A DNA stretch of 32,000 bases from an uncultured Chloroflexia bacterium (GCA_963704755.1 OY969938.1:180001-212000), one strand, 5' to 3'; numbered from the stretch's first letter, positions 1 to 8,795 are shown. Numbers and translations are program-made. The notes: generated by a model from the letters alone, not told the origin.

Positions 1-540
1 AGTCTGCCCGGAAAGGTAATACATCCGGGCCAGGATGACTTCCAGATCCAGGCGTTGGGGATTTTCGTTGAGGGCTACCCGAATTTCAGCAATGGCCTGT
101 TGAAATAGCTCGCCACGAGCGTACATTCGGACCAACGCCCCGCGGGTAAGGCGGATCTTGGCTGGTTCGACCCCGTCGCGACGGCCATATAATCGCCGCA
201 ATTCATCCTGGACGGCGACATTCGAGGGCTGGGCTTCGAAAGCCCGTTCCATGTGCCAGATGGCGGCATCCAGGTTGCCTTCATCTTCACGAATGATGCT
301 CAATCCAATTTGGGAGATAAAATCGTCCGGTACGGCCGAAAGTACTCTTTGGAGGACATCGGACGCTTCGGCATAGCGTTGGGTTTCAAGGAATGCCTTG
401 CCCAACAACCGGTAGGTATCAATGTGTTTGGGGAAATATTTGAGAATATGGCGACAATGAATGATCGCCCGATTGGCCTGGCCACGGTCGATCATTGCCT
501 CAATTTCCCGGTTGTAAGCGCGGAGCGAGATTTTGCTCAT
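1..540 (-). CDS. TPR-repeat protein, first 180 codons; the ORF stays open to the left window edge, so the 3' end lies outside the window
   Basis: Absent from the supplied ORF track because no stop falls in the window. My reverse-complement translation from ATG (540-538) reads MSKISLRAYNREIEAMIDRGQANRAIIHCRHILKYFPKHIDTYRLLGKAFLETQRYAEASDVLQRVLSAVPDDFISQIGLSIIREDEGNLDAAIWHMERAFEAQPSNVAVQDELRRLYGRRDG... It runs 180 codons without a stop and shows TPR-like helix-pair periodicity. GGGAGG (plus-strand cctccc, 547-552) lies 6 nt upstream of the ATG. Confidence 0.75.
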   Translation of the reverse strand, partial: MSKISLRAYNREIEAMIDRGQANRAIIHCRHILKYFPKHIDTYRLLGKAFLETQRYAEASDVLQRVLSAVPDDFISQIGLSIIREDEGNLDAAIWHMERAFEAQPSNVAVQDELRRLYGRRDGVEPAKIRLTRGALVRMYARGELFQQAIAEIRVALNENPQRLDLEVILARMYYLSGQT

Positions 541-558
541 TTCTTACCTCCCAACTTT

Positions 559-587
559 AGTATGCATTAAGTTGGATGAATATGCAA
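559..587 (-). promoter_or_regulatory. Candidate sigma-70-type promoter for the TPR gene (TTGCAT-17 nt-CATACT on the minus strand)
   Basis: Minus strand reads TTGCAT (587-582), a 17-nt spacer, then CATACT (564-559), about 19 nt before the ATG at 540. Sequence match only. Confidence 0.25.
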
Positions 588-640
588 GTATTTTACATTC
601 AAACCAGGTTTGCGTGAATGGAGTAAAGAAAACAGGGTAT

Positions 641-693
641 CTCACAATAAAAAACACACAGCCTGCTTCGCAGGCTGTGTGTTTTTTATTGTG
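641..693. terminator. Intrinsic terminator downstream of rpoD; perfect 25-bp inverted repeat
   Basis: tcacaataaaaaacacacagcctgc-ttc-gcaggctgtgtgttttttattgtga. GC-rich inner stem, A-tract on the 5' side and T-tract on the 3' side on both strands. It lies 68 nt past the rpoD stop (761). Confidence 0.8.
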
Positions 694-760
694 AGAATAT
701 AAAACTACCCAGCCTTATATAAAGAAATTCGGTTATCTTCTAAAAAGGCTGAATAAAAAA

Positions 761-1993
761 TTATTCACCCAGGTAATCGCGCAGTTTGCGGCGAATGGTG
801 GGGTGACGCAGTCGGCTGAGCGCCTGGGCTTCGATCTGGCGAACTCTTTCGCGGGTGACGCCCATTTTGCGGCCGACTTCTTCCAGCGTATACGCCTGGC
901 CATCCAGCAAACCATAGCGTAATTGCAAAATACGGACTTCACGCGGAGGAAGGGAGTTGAGGACCTCTTCCAGGTGCTCGCGAAGCAGGTTGTAAGTGGC
1001 TGTATCGTCGGGCGGAGGCGCTTCGTCATCTTCGATGAAGTCACCCAGAACAGAATCCTCTTCGTCATCGGTAGGCGTTTCCAACGAGAGCGGGCGGCGG
1101 GCAACCTGGATCATGTTCTCAACCTTTTTGGGTGGAACATCCAGGGCGACGGCCAGCTCGTCTACAGTTGGTTCGCGGCCGAGCCGCTGAGTCAACTGGT
1201 GCTGGATGCGCAGCAGTTTATTGATCTGGTCACCCATGTGGACGGGCACACGGATGGTACGGCCCTGGTCGGCGATGGCCCGGGTTACCGCCTGTCGAAT
1301 CCACCAGGTCGCATAGGTGCTGAATTTATGCCCACGCCGGTAATCGAACTTTTTGGTCGCGCGGATCAGGCCGATGTTCCCTTCCTGGATCAAATCAAGA
1401 AAGGGGACCCCCCGGCCCATATACTTTTTGGCTACCGAAATCACCAGGCGCGAATTGGCCGTGATCAGATGTTCCCTGGCGGACCAACCATCTTCGATCA
1501 GGCGGCGCAGCTCGTGGCGGCGGCGGTTGCCGACGTTTCCGCGGGCTAATTCTTCACGGGCCAGGCGGCCACGCTCAATCCTCTGGGCCAATTCAACTTC
1601 TTCCTCGGCGGTCAGAAGTGGTACACGGCTGACCTCTTTGAGGTACAGGCCGATCGTGTCGTCAGTATCGATATTTTGAAGGTCATCCAGAACCAGGTCT
1701 CCGGTACCTTCTTCGTTCTCATCGATTTCCTCGTCCATATTGAGCTCGTCTTCACTAGGCTCAGGGATCAAGGATTCATCTTCAAGGTAAGGTATACCGG
1801 CGCTCATCAAGGCTGCAAATGCCTCTTCGAGCTGTTCGACGTCTTGTTCTGCATCCGGGAAAAAATGTAAAATATCATCTATCGTGACGTAAGATTTTTG
1901 ACGCCCGAGTTCTATTAGTCTGGCAATAGCAGGATATTCTTCGTCTTCCTCATCTACCACATTAATTAACGGATTATCCATACGATGTATCAC
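761..1993 (-). CDS. rpoD: Primary (group 1) RNA polymerase sigma factor RpoD/SigA
   Basis: 410-aa ORF with an acidic N-terminal region. Region 2: [29 protein letters not shown]. Region 4.2 HTH: [31 protein letters not shown]. The start is GTG at 1993 or ATG at 1981 (MDNPLINVV); I cannot decide between them. Confidence 0.95.
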   Translation of the reverse strand: MIHRMDNPLINVVDEEDEEYPAIARLIELGRQKSYVTIDDILHFFPDAEQDVEQLEEAFAALMSAGIPYLEDESLIPEPSEDELNMDEEIDENEEGTGDLVLDDLQNIDTDDTIGLYLKEVSRVPLLTAEEEVELAQRIERGRLAREELARGNVGNRRRHELRRLIEDGWSAREHLITANSRLVISVAKKYMGRGVPFLDLIQEGNIGLIRATKKFDYRRGHKFSTYATWWIRQAVTRAIADQGRTIRVPVHMGDQINKLLRIQHQLTQRLGREPTVDELAVALDVPPKKVENMIQVARRPLSLETPTDDEEDSVLGDFIEDDEAPPPDDTATYNLLREHLEEVLNSLPPREVRILQLRYGLLDGQAYTLEEVGRKMGVTRERVRQIEAQALSRLRHPTIRRKLRDYLGE

Positions 1994-2395
1994 ATTCCTT
2001 TATCGAAAATAAAAGGCAAAATAACGGTTTATTACTTTATAATAAAGTCTTTAGCCAGAAATATTGCCTAATCAGAATACTCTTTTTGAGGATAAAAATC
2101 AATACCCATAACTTGCCCAACCAGTTGATCGCACTGGCTAAATTGCAATTAAAAGCGGGTGATTACTTCCAACCCACGAAACTGGATTGCCACCCGCCCA
2201 TAGTAATTGGTTATTCCTTTAAAAGACTACATCCGTTCAATCGTAAAACACTATACAACAAACGTATAACGATTTCAATAACTTGAAGGGTTTCTAATGA
2301 AACACTAATGTATCTACAGCGCAGAATGACAATTTTGTGATAGGAAAGCAAAAGGGGTGTGAAAATTAGAGCTGTTCTGCCTGGTTTACGAAGGA

Positions 2396-3253
2396 TTATC
2401 CTCTCCAAAATGGTTGTAAAGCCCGGTAATCGAGGAGAATGATCCCTTCTTCCTTAATAGCGTCTTTTGCCGGCTGCGAGGTCCAATATTCGTAATCCGA
2501 CTGGCGTACATGATTTCCACCGGGCTCAACAGCCAGGAGTTCCAGGCTGTCTATTCCCGGGTGAATCGCCCACTCACTCAAGCCGGCAGGCAGTTCGTGT
2601 AATAACCGCCGGTAATGATCGGGTTTTGTACCCGGATCCAGGCTGTAGCTGTCGAGGAAATCGTATTCGATGGTCGGCAAGCCCTGACTTTGCAGATTTT
2701 CGATCCAGGTTTGGCCCCTCACACGAAGCGCCAACCCATATTCCTTTGCCAGACGGATCATGAGCTCAAAAATATCAGACCGGTTACCGAAACGAATCGC
2801 GTGCCAATCCAGGTGTGTGGGCTTGAACCCGGCCGATAATACTGCCCCAATCTGCACTCGGAATTCTACTTCCAGTTCATTTATTTTTACCTGCGACAGG
2901 CATTGGTGGAAGCCATCGAAGCTGTAAAAAAATCGCCCTGCATCGACGAGGGTGGGAACTTCTCTGGGAGCAGTCAGAGGGCCCCAACGATATTCAGTCG
3001 GGTCGCTGATGACGGTCAGGTGGATTCCAAAGGGGATTTCGAGGTGATCGGCCAGAAAGTGCATGGCATGCAGGGCCCAGGGACAGGGGACCATCAAAGA
3101 TGTCGAGCGGACCAGGCCTTCAGCCAACGTGCGCATGATCGCCTCGTTGACTGAATTGCACATCCCAAAATCATCCGCATTAAGGATCAAGAGGCGGGCA
3201 TCTGGGGGAAATCCCAACAGACGGTTAACGAAACTTTTTTTCAATTGGGTCAT
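2396..3253 (-). CDS. YdjC/ChbG-family carbohydrate deacetylase-like protein
   Basis: 285 aa. The N-terminal LLILNADDFGMCNSVNEAI motif (ADDFG) plus later His-containing segments (FGIHLT, THLDWH) are typical of the YdjC family. Confidence 0.75.
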   Translation of the reverse strand: MTQLKKSFVNRLLGFPPDARLLILNADDFGMCNSVNEAIMRTLAEGLVRSTSLMVPCPWALHAMHFLADHLEIPFGIHLTVISDPTEYRWGPLTAPREVPTLVDAGRFFYSFDGFHQCLSQVKINELEVEFRVQIGAVLSAGFKPTHLDWHAIRFGNRSDIFELMIRLAKEYGLALRVRGQTWIENLQSQGLPTIEYDFLDSYSLDPGTKPDHYRRLLHELPAGLSEWAIHPGIDSLELLAVEPGGNHVRQSDYEYWTSQPAKDAIKEEGIILLDYRALQPFWRG

Positions 3254-3414
3254 CTCCTTTTTTAGTGTCCAGGGTCCGATTGTAAATTATATCGAACAGG
3301 TCGGATGGGTTTCCGGTATACCAAATGTAACCAAAATTGCGTGTCTATACAGGTACAAAGTAAGGATTTTTAGTGGCTTTAATTGTGATTTTTAGCACTT
3401 TCAGCAAAAATCGA

Positions 3415-3442
3415 TTGACTTTTTTATTGTAATGTTTAAAAT
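3415..3442 (+). promoter_or_regulatory. Candidate sigma-70-type promoter for hppA (TTGACT-16 nt-TAAAAT)
   Basis: TTGACT at 3415-3420, a 16-nt spacer, TAAAAT at 3437-3442, about 100 nt upstream of the hppA ATG. It sits in an AT-rich divergent spacer. Sequence match only. Confidence 0.3.
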
Positions 3443-3541
3443 ATACAATTGGTCAAAGTTTTATTTATTGATCTCCCAATCGCGCCAGTATTATAGGGGA
3501 GCGATCCCCATATATTTTAATCCCTTAACCCTGGAGGAAAA

Positions 3542-5881
3542 ATGGATCTATTGGGTTTGTCTAAGCACGGATTAACAACTCCTTTCGAGCAAATCTCCGT
3601 GCTCTGTGTTTTAGCGGTCGCGTTGATCAGCCTGTTGTACGCCTGGTTCTTACGCGGCACCGTCCTTAAAAAGGACAAGGGCACAGAAAAAATGCAAGAG
3701 GTATGGGAAGCAATCCGAATTGGCGCGAATGGTTACCTGTCCCGCCAATTACGAACGATCCTCCCGGCGATTGGCATCCTGGCTGTCGCGTTGTTCTTGA
3801 GCGTGATTGTCGTCGAGCCGAGCGCAGAAGCCCAGCAGGAATTTGGCTATCTGGGCGCGAATAACGTTATGTGGGTGGTGGCTGTTGGTCGAACGGTGGC
3901 ATTCATCATGGGTGCTACTTTTTCATTAACAGTGGGGCAACTGGGTATGCGCATGGCCATTCAGGCCAGTGTTAGATCATCATCGGCTGCTCGCCGTTCA
4001 TTTAACGAAGCCTTGTCGATTGCCTATTACGCCGGCACAATCACCGGTATGCTGACCGATGGCCTGGGCTTGATGGGCGGGACGATTATCTTCATTATTT
4101 TCGGGCGAGCTGCGCCAGACGCGTTATTAGGGTTTGGCTTTGGCGGTACGCTCCTGGCGCTGTTCATGCGGGTAGGCGGTGGTATCTATACCAAAGCGGC
4201 TGACGTTGGCGCTGACCTGGTCGGTAAGGTCGAAAAAGATATTCCTGAAGACGATCCGCGTAACGCGGCTGTCATCGCAGATTTGGTAGGCGATAACGTT
4301 GGCGATTGCGCCGGTATGGCCGCCGATATTTTCGAAAGTTACGAAGTGACTATCGTTTCGGCCCTGATCCTGGGACTGGTGTTGTATGAATCGACCGGAT
4401 CGATCCAATACATTGTCTATCCTTTGATTATCCGCGCGATCGGCGTGCTCAGCTCGATCCTGGGGACCTTCACGGTTCCGATCTGGGAGAAATTCCCGAT
4501 CAAGTTCCTTCGTTCTCACGATGCGGAAGAATCGATGTTCCGCTCTTATGAGGTTTCGAGTATCAACACCATTATCTTCGCCTTCTTGTTGGCCATTTTC
4601 TACGTGCATGATTGGCGGATGGGTATGCTGACGACTATCGGCGTTGGCCTGGCGGTGGTGTTCAACCCTTTGACCTCCTATTTCACCTCTACCAAGAAGG
4701 AACCGGTCAAAGAAATTGTCAAATCGACCCGGACCGGTGCGGCAACGACGATCCTCTCCGGCCTTTCGGTCGGCATGGAATTGAGCGTCTGGGCGCTGTT
4801 TGTTATCGCCATTTCGTTTATGCTGGCCAAGCTGCTTTACCAGGGCGATGGCTCTGACTTTGTCCTCTATGCGGTGGCAATGATCGGTATTGGTATGCTC
4901 AGCCATACCGGTAACAACGTGGCCATGGATTCGTATGGACCAATTTCGGATAATGCCAACGGTATTGCCGAAATGGCCTGGCACGACATGACCGATGAAG
5001 GTACCCTCAAGGCCCGCCAGATCATGGCTGACCTGGATGCGGTCGGCAACACAACTAAAGCTATTACCAAAGGTGTCGCCATTGCTTCGGCGGTTATCGC
5101 TGCGGTTAGTTTGTTTGCCTCCTATATCACCGATGTCAATAAAGTCCAGGCAGGATCACTTACTGCCATCCGTATTTCGGACACGACCGTCTTCATCGGT
5201 TTCTTGCTGGGCGGCGCGCTACCCTGGCTGTTCAGCTCATTATCCATCCGGGCGGTATCGCGTGCAGCCGGCTTGATTGTGGAAGAAGTGCGCGAGCAGT
5301 TCCGCATCCCGGGCATCATGGAAGGCACAGTTAAACCTGACTATGCAAAAGTGGTCTCGATATCGACCCGCTCGGCCCAGAAGGAATTGATCCCCCTGGC
5401 AGTTATCGCGATTTCTTTGCCATTGATTGTCGGATTGTTACTGCAGGTTGAGGCCCTGGGTGGCTTCCTGGCCGGTGTAATCCTTTCCGGGCAGCTACTG
5501 GCCGTATATATGGCCAACGCCGGCGGCGCCTGGGATAATGCCAAGAAATTGGTCGAAGACGAGCCGCGCTCACTGGTTGCCAATACCGGTAAGGGTTCGG
5601 AGCGTCACAAGGCCAGCGTGGTCGGGGATACGGTTGGTGATCCTTTGAAGGATACGGCCGGCCCGGCGCTAAACCCGATGATCAAGGTGGTCAACCTGGT
5701 GAGTTTGCTGGCCGCGCCATTGATCGTCAAATTCGATTATCACAGCGCATTAGGTTGGATTATCATCGTCGTGTTGACCGGCGGTTTCATTTGGGCTTTC
5801 TTGCAGAGCAAACGGCCTGTACCCGATTTACAGGAAGACCCCATGCCTCTTCCGGAAAAGACTGGAAGCGTAATCCACTAA
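3542..5881 (+). CDS. hppA: Membrane-bound proton-translocating pyrophosphatase, probably the K+-independent type
   Basis: 779 aa and polytopic. Signature motifs [18 protein letters not shown] and [21 protein letters not shown] are present. The [10 protein letters not shown] motif carries Lys/Thr at the established A/K (and G/T) determinant positions, which predicts K+ independence. GGAGG lies 5 nt before the ATG. Confidence 0.95.
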   Translation: MDLLGLSKHGLTTPFEQISVLCVLAVALISLLYAWFLRGTVLKKDKGTEKMQEVWEAIRIGANGYLSRQLRTILPAIGILAVALFLSVIVVEPSAEAQQEFGYLGANNVMWVVAVGRTVAFIMGATFSLTVGQLGMRMAIQASVRSSSAARRSFNEALSIAYYAGTITGMLTDGLGLMGGTIIFIIFGRAAPDALLGFGFGGTLLALFMRVGGGIYTKAADVGADLVGKVEKDIPEDDPRNAAVIADLVGDNVGDCAGMAADIFESYEVTIVSALILGLVLYESTGSIQYIVYPLIIRAIGVLSSILGTFTVPIWEKFPIKFLRSHDAEESMFRSYEVSSINTIIFAFLLAIFYVHDWRMGMLTTIGVGLAVVFNPLTSYFTSTKKEPVKEIVKSTRTGAATTILSGLSVGMELSVWALFVIAISFMLAKLLYQGDGSDFVLYAVAMIGIGMLSHTGNNVAMDSYGPISDNANGIAEMAWHDMTDEGTLKARQIMADLDAVGNTTKAITKGVAIASAVIAAVSLFASYITDVNKVQAGSLTAIRISDTTVFIGFLLGGALPWLFSSLSIRAVSRAAGLIVEEVREQFRIPGIMEGTVKPDYAKVVSISTRSAQKELIPLAVIAISLPLIVGLLLQVEALGGFLAGVILSGQLLAVYMANAGGAWDNAKKLVEDEPRSLVANTGKGSERHKASVVGDTVGDPLKDTAGPALNPMIKVVNLVSLLAAPLIVKFDYHSALGWIIIVVLTGGFIWAFLQSKRPVPDLQEDPMPLPEKTGSVIH

Positions 5882-5901
5882 GTTTAGCTTATTAAATTGC
5901 C

Positions 5902-5937
5902 AAAACGTCCCGGCGGTATTTTCCGCCGGGACGTTTT
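5902..5937. terminator. Bidirectional intrinsic terminator between convergent hppA and the RluA-family gene
   Basis: aaaacgtcccggcgg-tatttt-ccgccgggacgtttt. A 15-bp stem with a GC-rich core, flanked by A and T tracts. Confidence 0.8.
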
Positions 5938-6040
5938 ATTCTATTCTTCCTGGCTGTTTTTTGCAGGATGGAACAGCCGGGCAGGACTTGTGTTCGTTTT
6001 TCACCGCGCCATAATCTACAAAACTGAACGACCGGATTAC

Positions 6041-6778
6041 CTAACCCGGAATGGATTCTTCCAGGCTGTCGATGGTTGATTGAAAATCCTGAAAATAGGG
6101 TGCTTGAATGCGCACCGGCGTCGAATTGATCGGGTGGAGCAGTTCGACTGAAAAAGCGTGCAAGGCGGTTCGTCTCATCGGCAGGTGGCCGGCTAAATCC
6201 TTCATCTGGGGCGATAAAAATGGGCGGCGGTTGAGCAGCTCGGCGTGATGGCCCGGCCAGGGCGCATAAAGCAAGTCATTCAAAAGCCAGCAGCCATGAT
6301 AACTGAGATGAGCTCGGATCTGATGCGTATAGCCACTGTGGGGAAAAGCAGCTACCCAATGAACTTCTGGCCTGAAGGTTTGGAGCAAGCGAAAAGTGGT
6401 ACTGGCCGGTTTTCCGTGCGCCGGATCGATAACGGTGCGGTGGCGGCGATCGCCGTCCACACGGAGGGGCTCATCAGCCAGGAAATCAGGGGCGGGTAAT
6501 ATGCCACAGGCGATCAGATGGTAGGTCTTGGCAACCTGGTGATTTTCGAATTGGCGGTTGAGCAATTTATGCGCCGCAGCGCTGCGGGCGAAGAGGACCA
6601 CACCGCTGGTGTCGCGATCCAGGCGGTGAACGGTCCAAAGCCGGCCATATTCGGTTTCCAGCAATGCCTTGAGATCGGGCTCTTCCTGGCTGTAGCCGCC
6701 CGGAATGGTCAGCAGCCCGGCCGGCTTATTGACGGCCAGGAAGGAATTGTCGCTGTAGAGGAGGGGAATGTTATCCAT
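6041..6778 (-). CDS. RluA-family pseudouridine synthase
   Basis: 245 aa. Catalytic-Asp motif VHRLDRDTSGVVLFARS; downstream GYTHQIRAHL is typical of RluA/RsuA-type synthases. Confidence 0.85.
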   Translation of the reverse strand: MDNIPLLYSDNSFLAVNKPAGLLTIPGGYSQEEPDLKALLETEYGRLWTVHRLDRDTSGVVLFARSAAAHKLLNRQFENHQVAKTYHLIACGILPAPDFLADEPLRVDGDRRHRTVIDPAHGKPASTTFRLLQTFRPEVHWVAAFPHSGYTHQIRAHLSYHGCWLLNDLLYAPWPGHHAELLNRRPFLSPQMKDLAGHLPMRRTALHAFSVELLHPINSTPVRIQAPYFQDFQSTIDSLEESIPG

Positions 6779-7029
6779 GAATGGTGGAGTTGATTATAAG
6801 ATAGGGAAACGGGGGAAGGCAATGAGAATATTGAAAATAGTTATTAGGCGAGAAGGCAACAAGGCAATCAGGTGATGAGTGCATCAGGAATTATCGGCGC
6901 TGGCCCTCTTCCCCAGTCCTTTCCCGCAAAAACGGGGGGCAGGGGTGACTTACGGGCGTAAAGCATCCATCATCTAATTTGTCTCGATGTGAATCATGAA
7001 GAAAATTCTCTGTGCCGGATTACCTTGCT

Positions 7030-7095
7030 GCCTGATTTCCTGATCTCATGATCTCTGATCACTAATTTCTATTCTCTAATCTCCATTCACTAAAT
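7030..7095. repeat. Degenerate tandem heptamer/octamer tract (plus-strand consensus about YYCTRAT) containing three closely spaced GATC sites
   Basis: Read directly: gcctgat ttcctgat ctcatgat ctctgat cactaat ttctatt ctctaat ctccatt cactaaat. GATC sites at 7042-7045, 7050-7053 and 7057-7060. Confidence 0.5.
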
Positions 7096-7109
7096 ATAAT
7101 AAATATAAT
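7092..7109 (+). promoter_or_regulatory. Tandem 9-mer AAATATAAT x2, giving two perfect TATAAT -10 boxes; candidate promoter for the ABM/ADH genes
   Basis: aaatataat at 7092-7100 and again at 7101-7109. TATAAT at 7095-7100 and 7104-7109. No good -35 element is seen. Confidence 0.3.
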
Positions 7110-7134
7110 TACTACTCTGCCATAGCAAAAGAAC

Positions 7135-7185
7135 AGGGGTGTATTATTTTTTGCAGGCGAAGCCTGCAAAAAATAATACACCCCT
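7135..7185. other. Perfect 24-bp inverted repeat (3-nt loop) with T-tract 5' and A-tract 3' of the GC core; probable 5'-UTR stem-loop rather than a terminator
   Basis: aggggtgtattattttttgcaggc-gaa-gcctgcaaaaaataatacacccct. It lies 73 nt upstream of the ABM ATG at 7258. Confidence 0.7.
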
Positions 7186-7257
7186 TCTGAACCTGCCTGA
7201 GCAGTTCCTAAATATGAATAAGCAATGGTTTTATCTCGGGAAATTTTGGAGGCGAAT

Positions 7258-7551
7258 ATGCATGTCGTGATGGTCAATGTCCATGTCAAGGAAGAGTTTA
7301 TCCAACCGTTTATCGCGGCGACGTTGGAAAATGCCCGAAATAGCGTTAAGGAACCCGGTGTGACCCGCTTCGAGTTTTTCCAAAAGGGCGATGACCCAAG
7401 CCAGTTTTTGCTGCAAGAGATCTACAAGACGCCTGAGGACCAACTCAAGCACCGTGAAACGGCCCATTATCAAGCCTGGCGGGACAAAGTAGGCGATTGG
7501 ATGGCCGAACCGCGCCAAGCCACGGTGTACAAATATCTGCCTGTGGACTGA
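7258..7551 (+). CDS. ABM-domain (antibiotic biosynthesis monooxygenase-like / YgiN-like) small protein
   Basis: MHVVMVNVHVKEEFIQPFIAATLENARNSVKEPGVTRFEFFQKGDDPSQFLLQEIYKTPEDQLKHRETAHYQAWRDKV matches the ferredoxin-like ABM pattern. GGAGG lies 5 nt before the ATG at 7258. The track's 7225 start is a less likely upstream extension. Confidence 0.7.
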   Translation: MHVVMVNVHVKEEFIQPFIAATLENARNSVKEPGVTRFEFFQKGDDPSQFLLQEIYKTPEDQLKHRETAHYQAWRDKVGDWMAEPRQATVYKYLPVD

Positions 7552-7559
7552 GCTGGTTG

Positions 7560-8723
7560 ATGATGAGTGTTAATTTCAGTTTTCAAACAGCTCGTGAGAT
7601 CCTTTTTGGGCAAGGGAAGATTAATTCGATCGGCGAAATAGGGCAGGGACTGGGGAAACGGGCTCTCCTGGTCACCGGAACGCACGGTTATTACCATGAA
7701 GAAATCAGCCGTTCCTTGGCAGAAAAGGGTTGCTCCAGTATTCAGATGCAGGTTGGCGGCGAACCGGACCTGGACTTGATTGCTGCCGGGTTGCAAGCCT
7801 ATAAAACCAACCAGTGCGACTTTGTGATCGCCTGCGGCGGCGGGAGCGTACTGGATAGCGGCAAGGCCATCGCCGCCCTGGCCATGAACCCCGGCGAAAT
7901 CCTGGATTACCTGGAGGTTGTGGGCAAAGGCCAGCCGCTGACCCGGGAACCGGCCGGTTTTGTGGCCATCCCGACCACGGCCGGAACGGGCAGCGAGGTC
8001 ACCAAGAACGCGGTGATCGCAGTGCCGGACCAGCGCGTCAAAGTTAGTCTGCGCAGCCCAAAAATGTACCCGGCGGTCGCATTAGTCGATCCAGCCCTGA
8101 CCCTGAACCTGCCGGCCGATGTAACGGCACGGACCGGTATGGATGCATTGACCCAATTGATCGAACCCTATCTTTCGATCCGATCTAACCCAATGGCGGA
8201 TCTTTATTGTCGGGAAGGGATCCGGCTGGCAGCCAGGTCGCTGTTGCAGGCTTTTCGGAATGGCAGCGACATGGCCGCGCGTGAAGATATGTCCTACGCC
8301 AGCCTGCTGGGAGGTATCGCTTTGGCTAACGCAGGGCTGGGAGCAGTACACGGCTTTGCCGGCCCAATCGGCGGGATGTTTTCTGCACCTCACGGGGCGG
8401 TCTGCGCGGCGCTGCTCCCGCACGTTTTCCAGGCAAATTTCGAGGCAGTTGCCGGGCGGCAACCCGACGACCCGGTGCTGGGACGAATGCGAGAAATCGC
8501 GATACTGTTAACCGGCTCGGCCAGCGCCAGGGTCACGGACGGAGTAAATTGGTTGTATGAGCTTTGCCGTGAGTTACAGATACCGGGGCTGCGGGCTTAC
8601 GGAATCGGCAGCCAGGATTTCCCCGCGATCATCGCGAAGTCGACGAAGGCAGGTAGTATGAAGACCAACCCGGTGGCTTTGACGGAAGACGAGTTAGCCC
8701 AGGTATTAAACGCTGCGTTATAA
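7560..8723 (+). CDS. Iron-containing (group III) alcohol dehydrogenase family protein
   Basis: Motifs GGGSVLDSGKAIA, IPTTAGTGSEVT and GLGAVHGFAGPIGGMFSAPHGAVCAALLP. ATG-ATG at 7560/7563 lies 9 nt after the ABM stop. The track's 7497 TTG start overlaps the ABM gene and is unlikely. Confidence 0.85.
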   Translation: MMSVNFSFQTAREILFGQGKINSIGEIGQGLGKRALLVTGTHGYYHEEISRSLAEKGCSSIQMQVGGEPDLDLIAAGLQAYKTNQCDFVIACGGGSVLDSGKAIAALAMNPGEILDYLEVVGKGQPLTREPAGFVAIPTTAGTGSEVTKNAVIAVPDQRVKVSLRSPKMYPAVALVDPALTLNLPADVTARTGMDALTQLIEPYLSIRSNPMADLYCREGIRLAARSLLQAFRNGSDMAAREDMSYASLLGGIALANAGLGAVHGFAGPIGGMFSAPHGAVCAALLPHVFQANFEAVAGRQPDDPVLGRMREIAILLTGSASARVTDGVNWLYELCRELQIPGLRAYGIGSQDFPAIIAKSTKAGSMKTNPVALTEDELAQVLNAAL

Positions 8724-8774
8724 AAATAAACAGGGTGGTTGTTTATTGCATAAAACAACCACCCTGTTTTTATA
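8722..8774. terminator. Bidirectional intrinsic terminator between convergent ADH and DegV genes
   Basis: A 14-bp stem, cagggtggttgttt (8731-8744) paired with aaacaaccaccctg (8753-8766), with an 8-nt loop. A-rich 5' flank and T-rich 3' flank. Confidence 0.75.
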
Positions 8775-8795
8775 TTACAGTCCAGCGGAAGAAAA

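Noticed and set aside
923-1549. 208-aa plus-strand ORF antisense to rpoD. Similar long antisense or alternate-frame ORFs occur at 4127-4984 (in hppA), 9012-9500 (in DegV), 15469-16410 (313 aa, opposite patatin), 17782-18441 (opposite hutH), 23558-24025 (opposite yggS) and 28285-28965 (alternate frame of the membrane protein).
   Set aside because: Each lies fully inside a gene with unmistakable family motifs on the other strand or frame. Their translations are Arg/Ser/Pro/Gly-rich and low in complexity, with no recognisable motifs. This is typical of shadow ORFs in moderately GC-rich coding DNA.
2086-2408. 66-aa (plus, TTG start) and 65-aa (minus) ORFs in the AT-rich region upstream of rpoD
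   Set aside because: AT-rich, Ile/Lys/Asn-biased translations unlike neighbouring genes. The two overlap each other on opposite strands, and there are no SDs or motifs.
6866-6890. Hammerhead-ribozyme-like core (GUGAUGAG ... GAA) in caatcaggtgatgagtgcatcaggaa
   Set aside because: The invariant C of CUGAUGA is G here. No stem II hairpin follows the core, and there is no GAAA-stem III-cleavage-site arrangement. The minus-strand CCUGAUGC also fails at the conserved A.
6996-7043. Micro-ORF MKKILCAGLPCCLIS (15 codons, Cys-rich). Other tiny ORFs lie in the same spacer, including a 27-aa ORF starting MSASGIIGAGP at about 6874.
   Set aside because: No Shine-Dalgarno sequence, no supporting codon signal at this length, and the ORF overlaps the repeat tract. 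It cannot be supported from sequence alone.
6771-7110. Replication-origin-like features: a DnaA-box-like TTATCCATG at 6771, an AT-rich tract and clustered GATC sites
   Set aside because: There is only one imperfect DnaA-box-like 9-mer, and it lies across the RluA-family start codon. There is no box cluster and no dnaA, dnaN or other origin-linked gene nearby. GATC clustering is meaningful mainly in Dam-containing proteobacteria.
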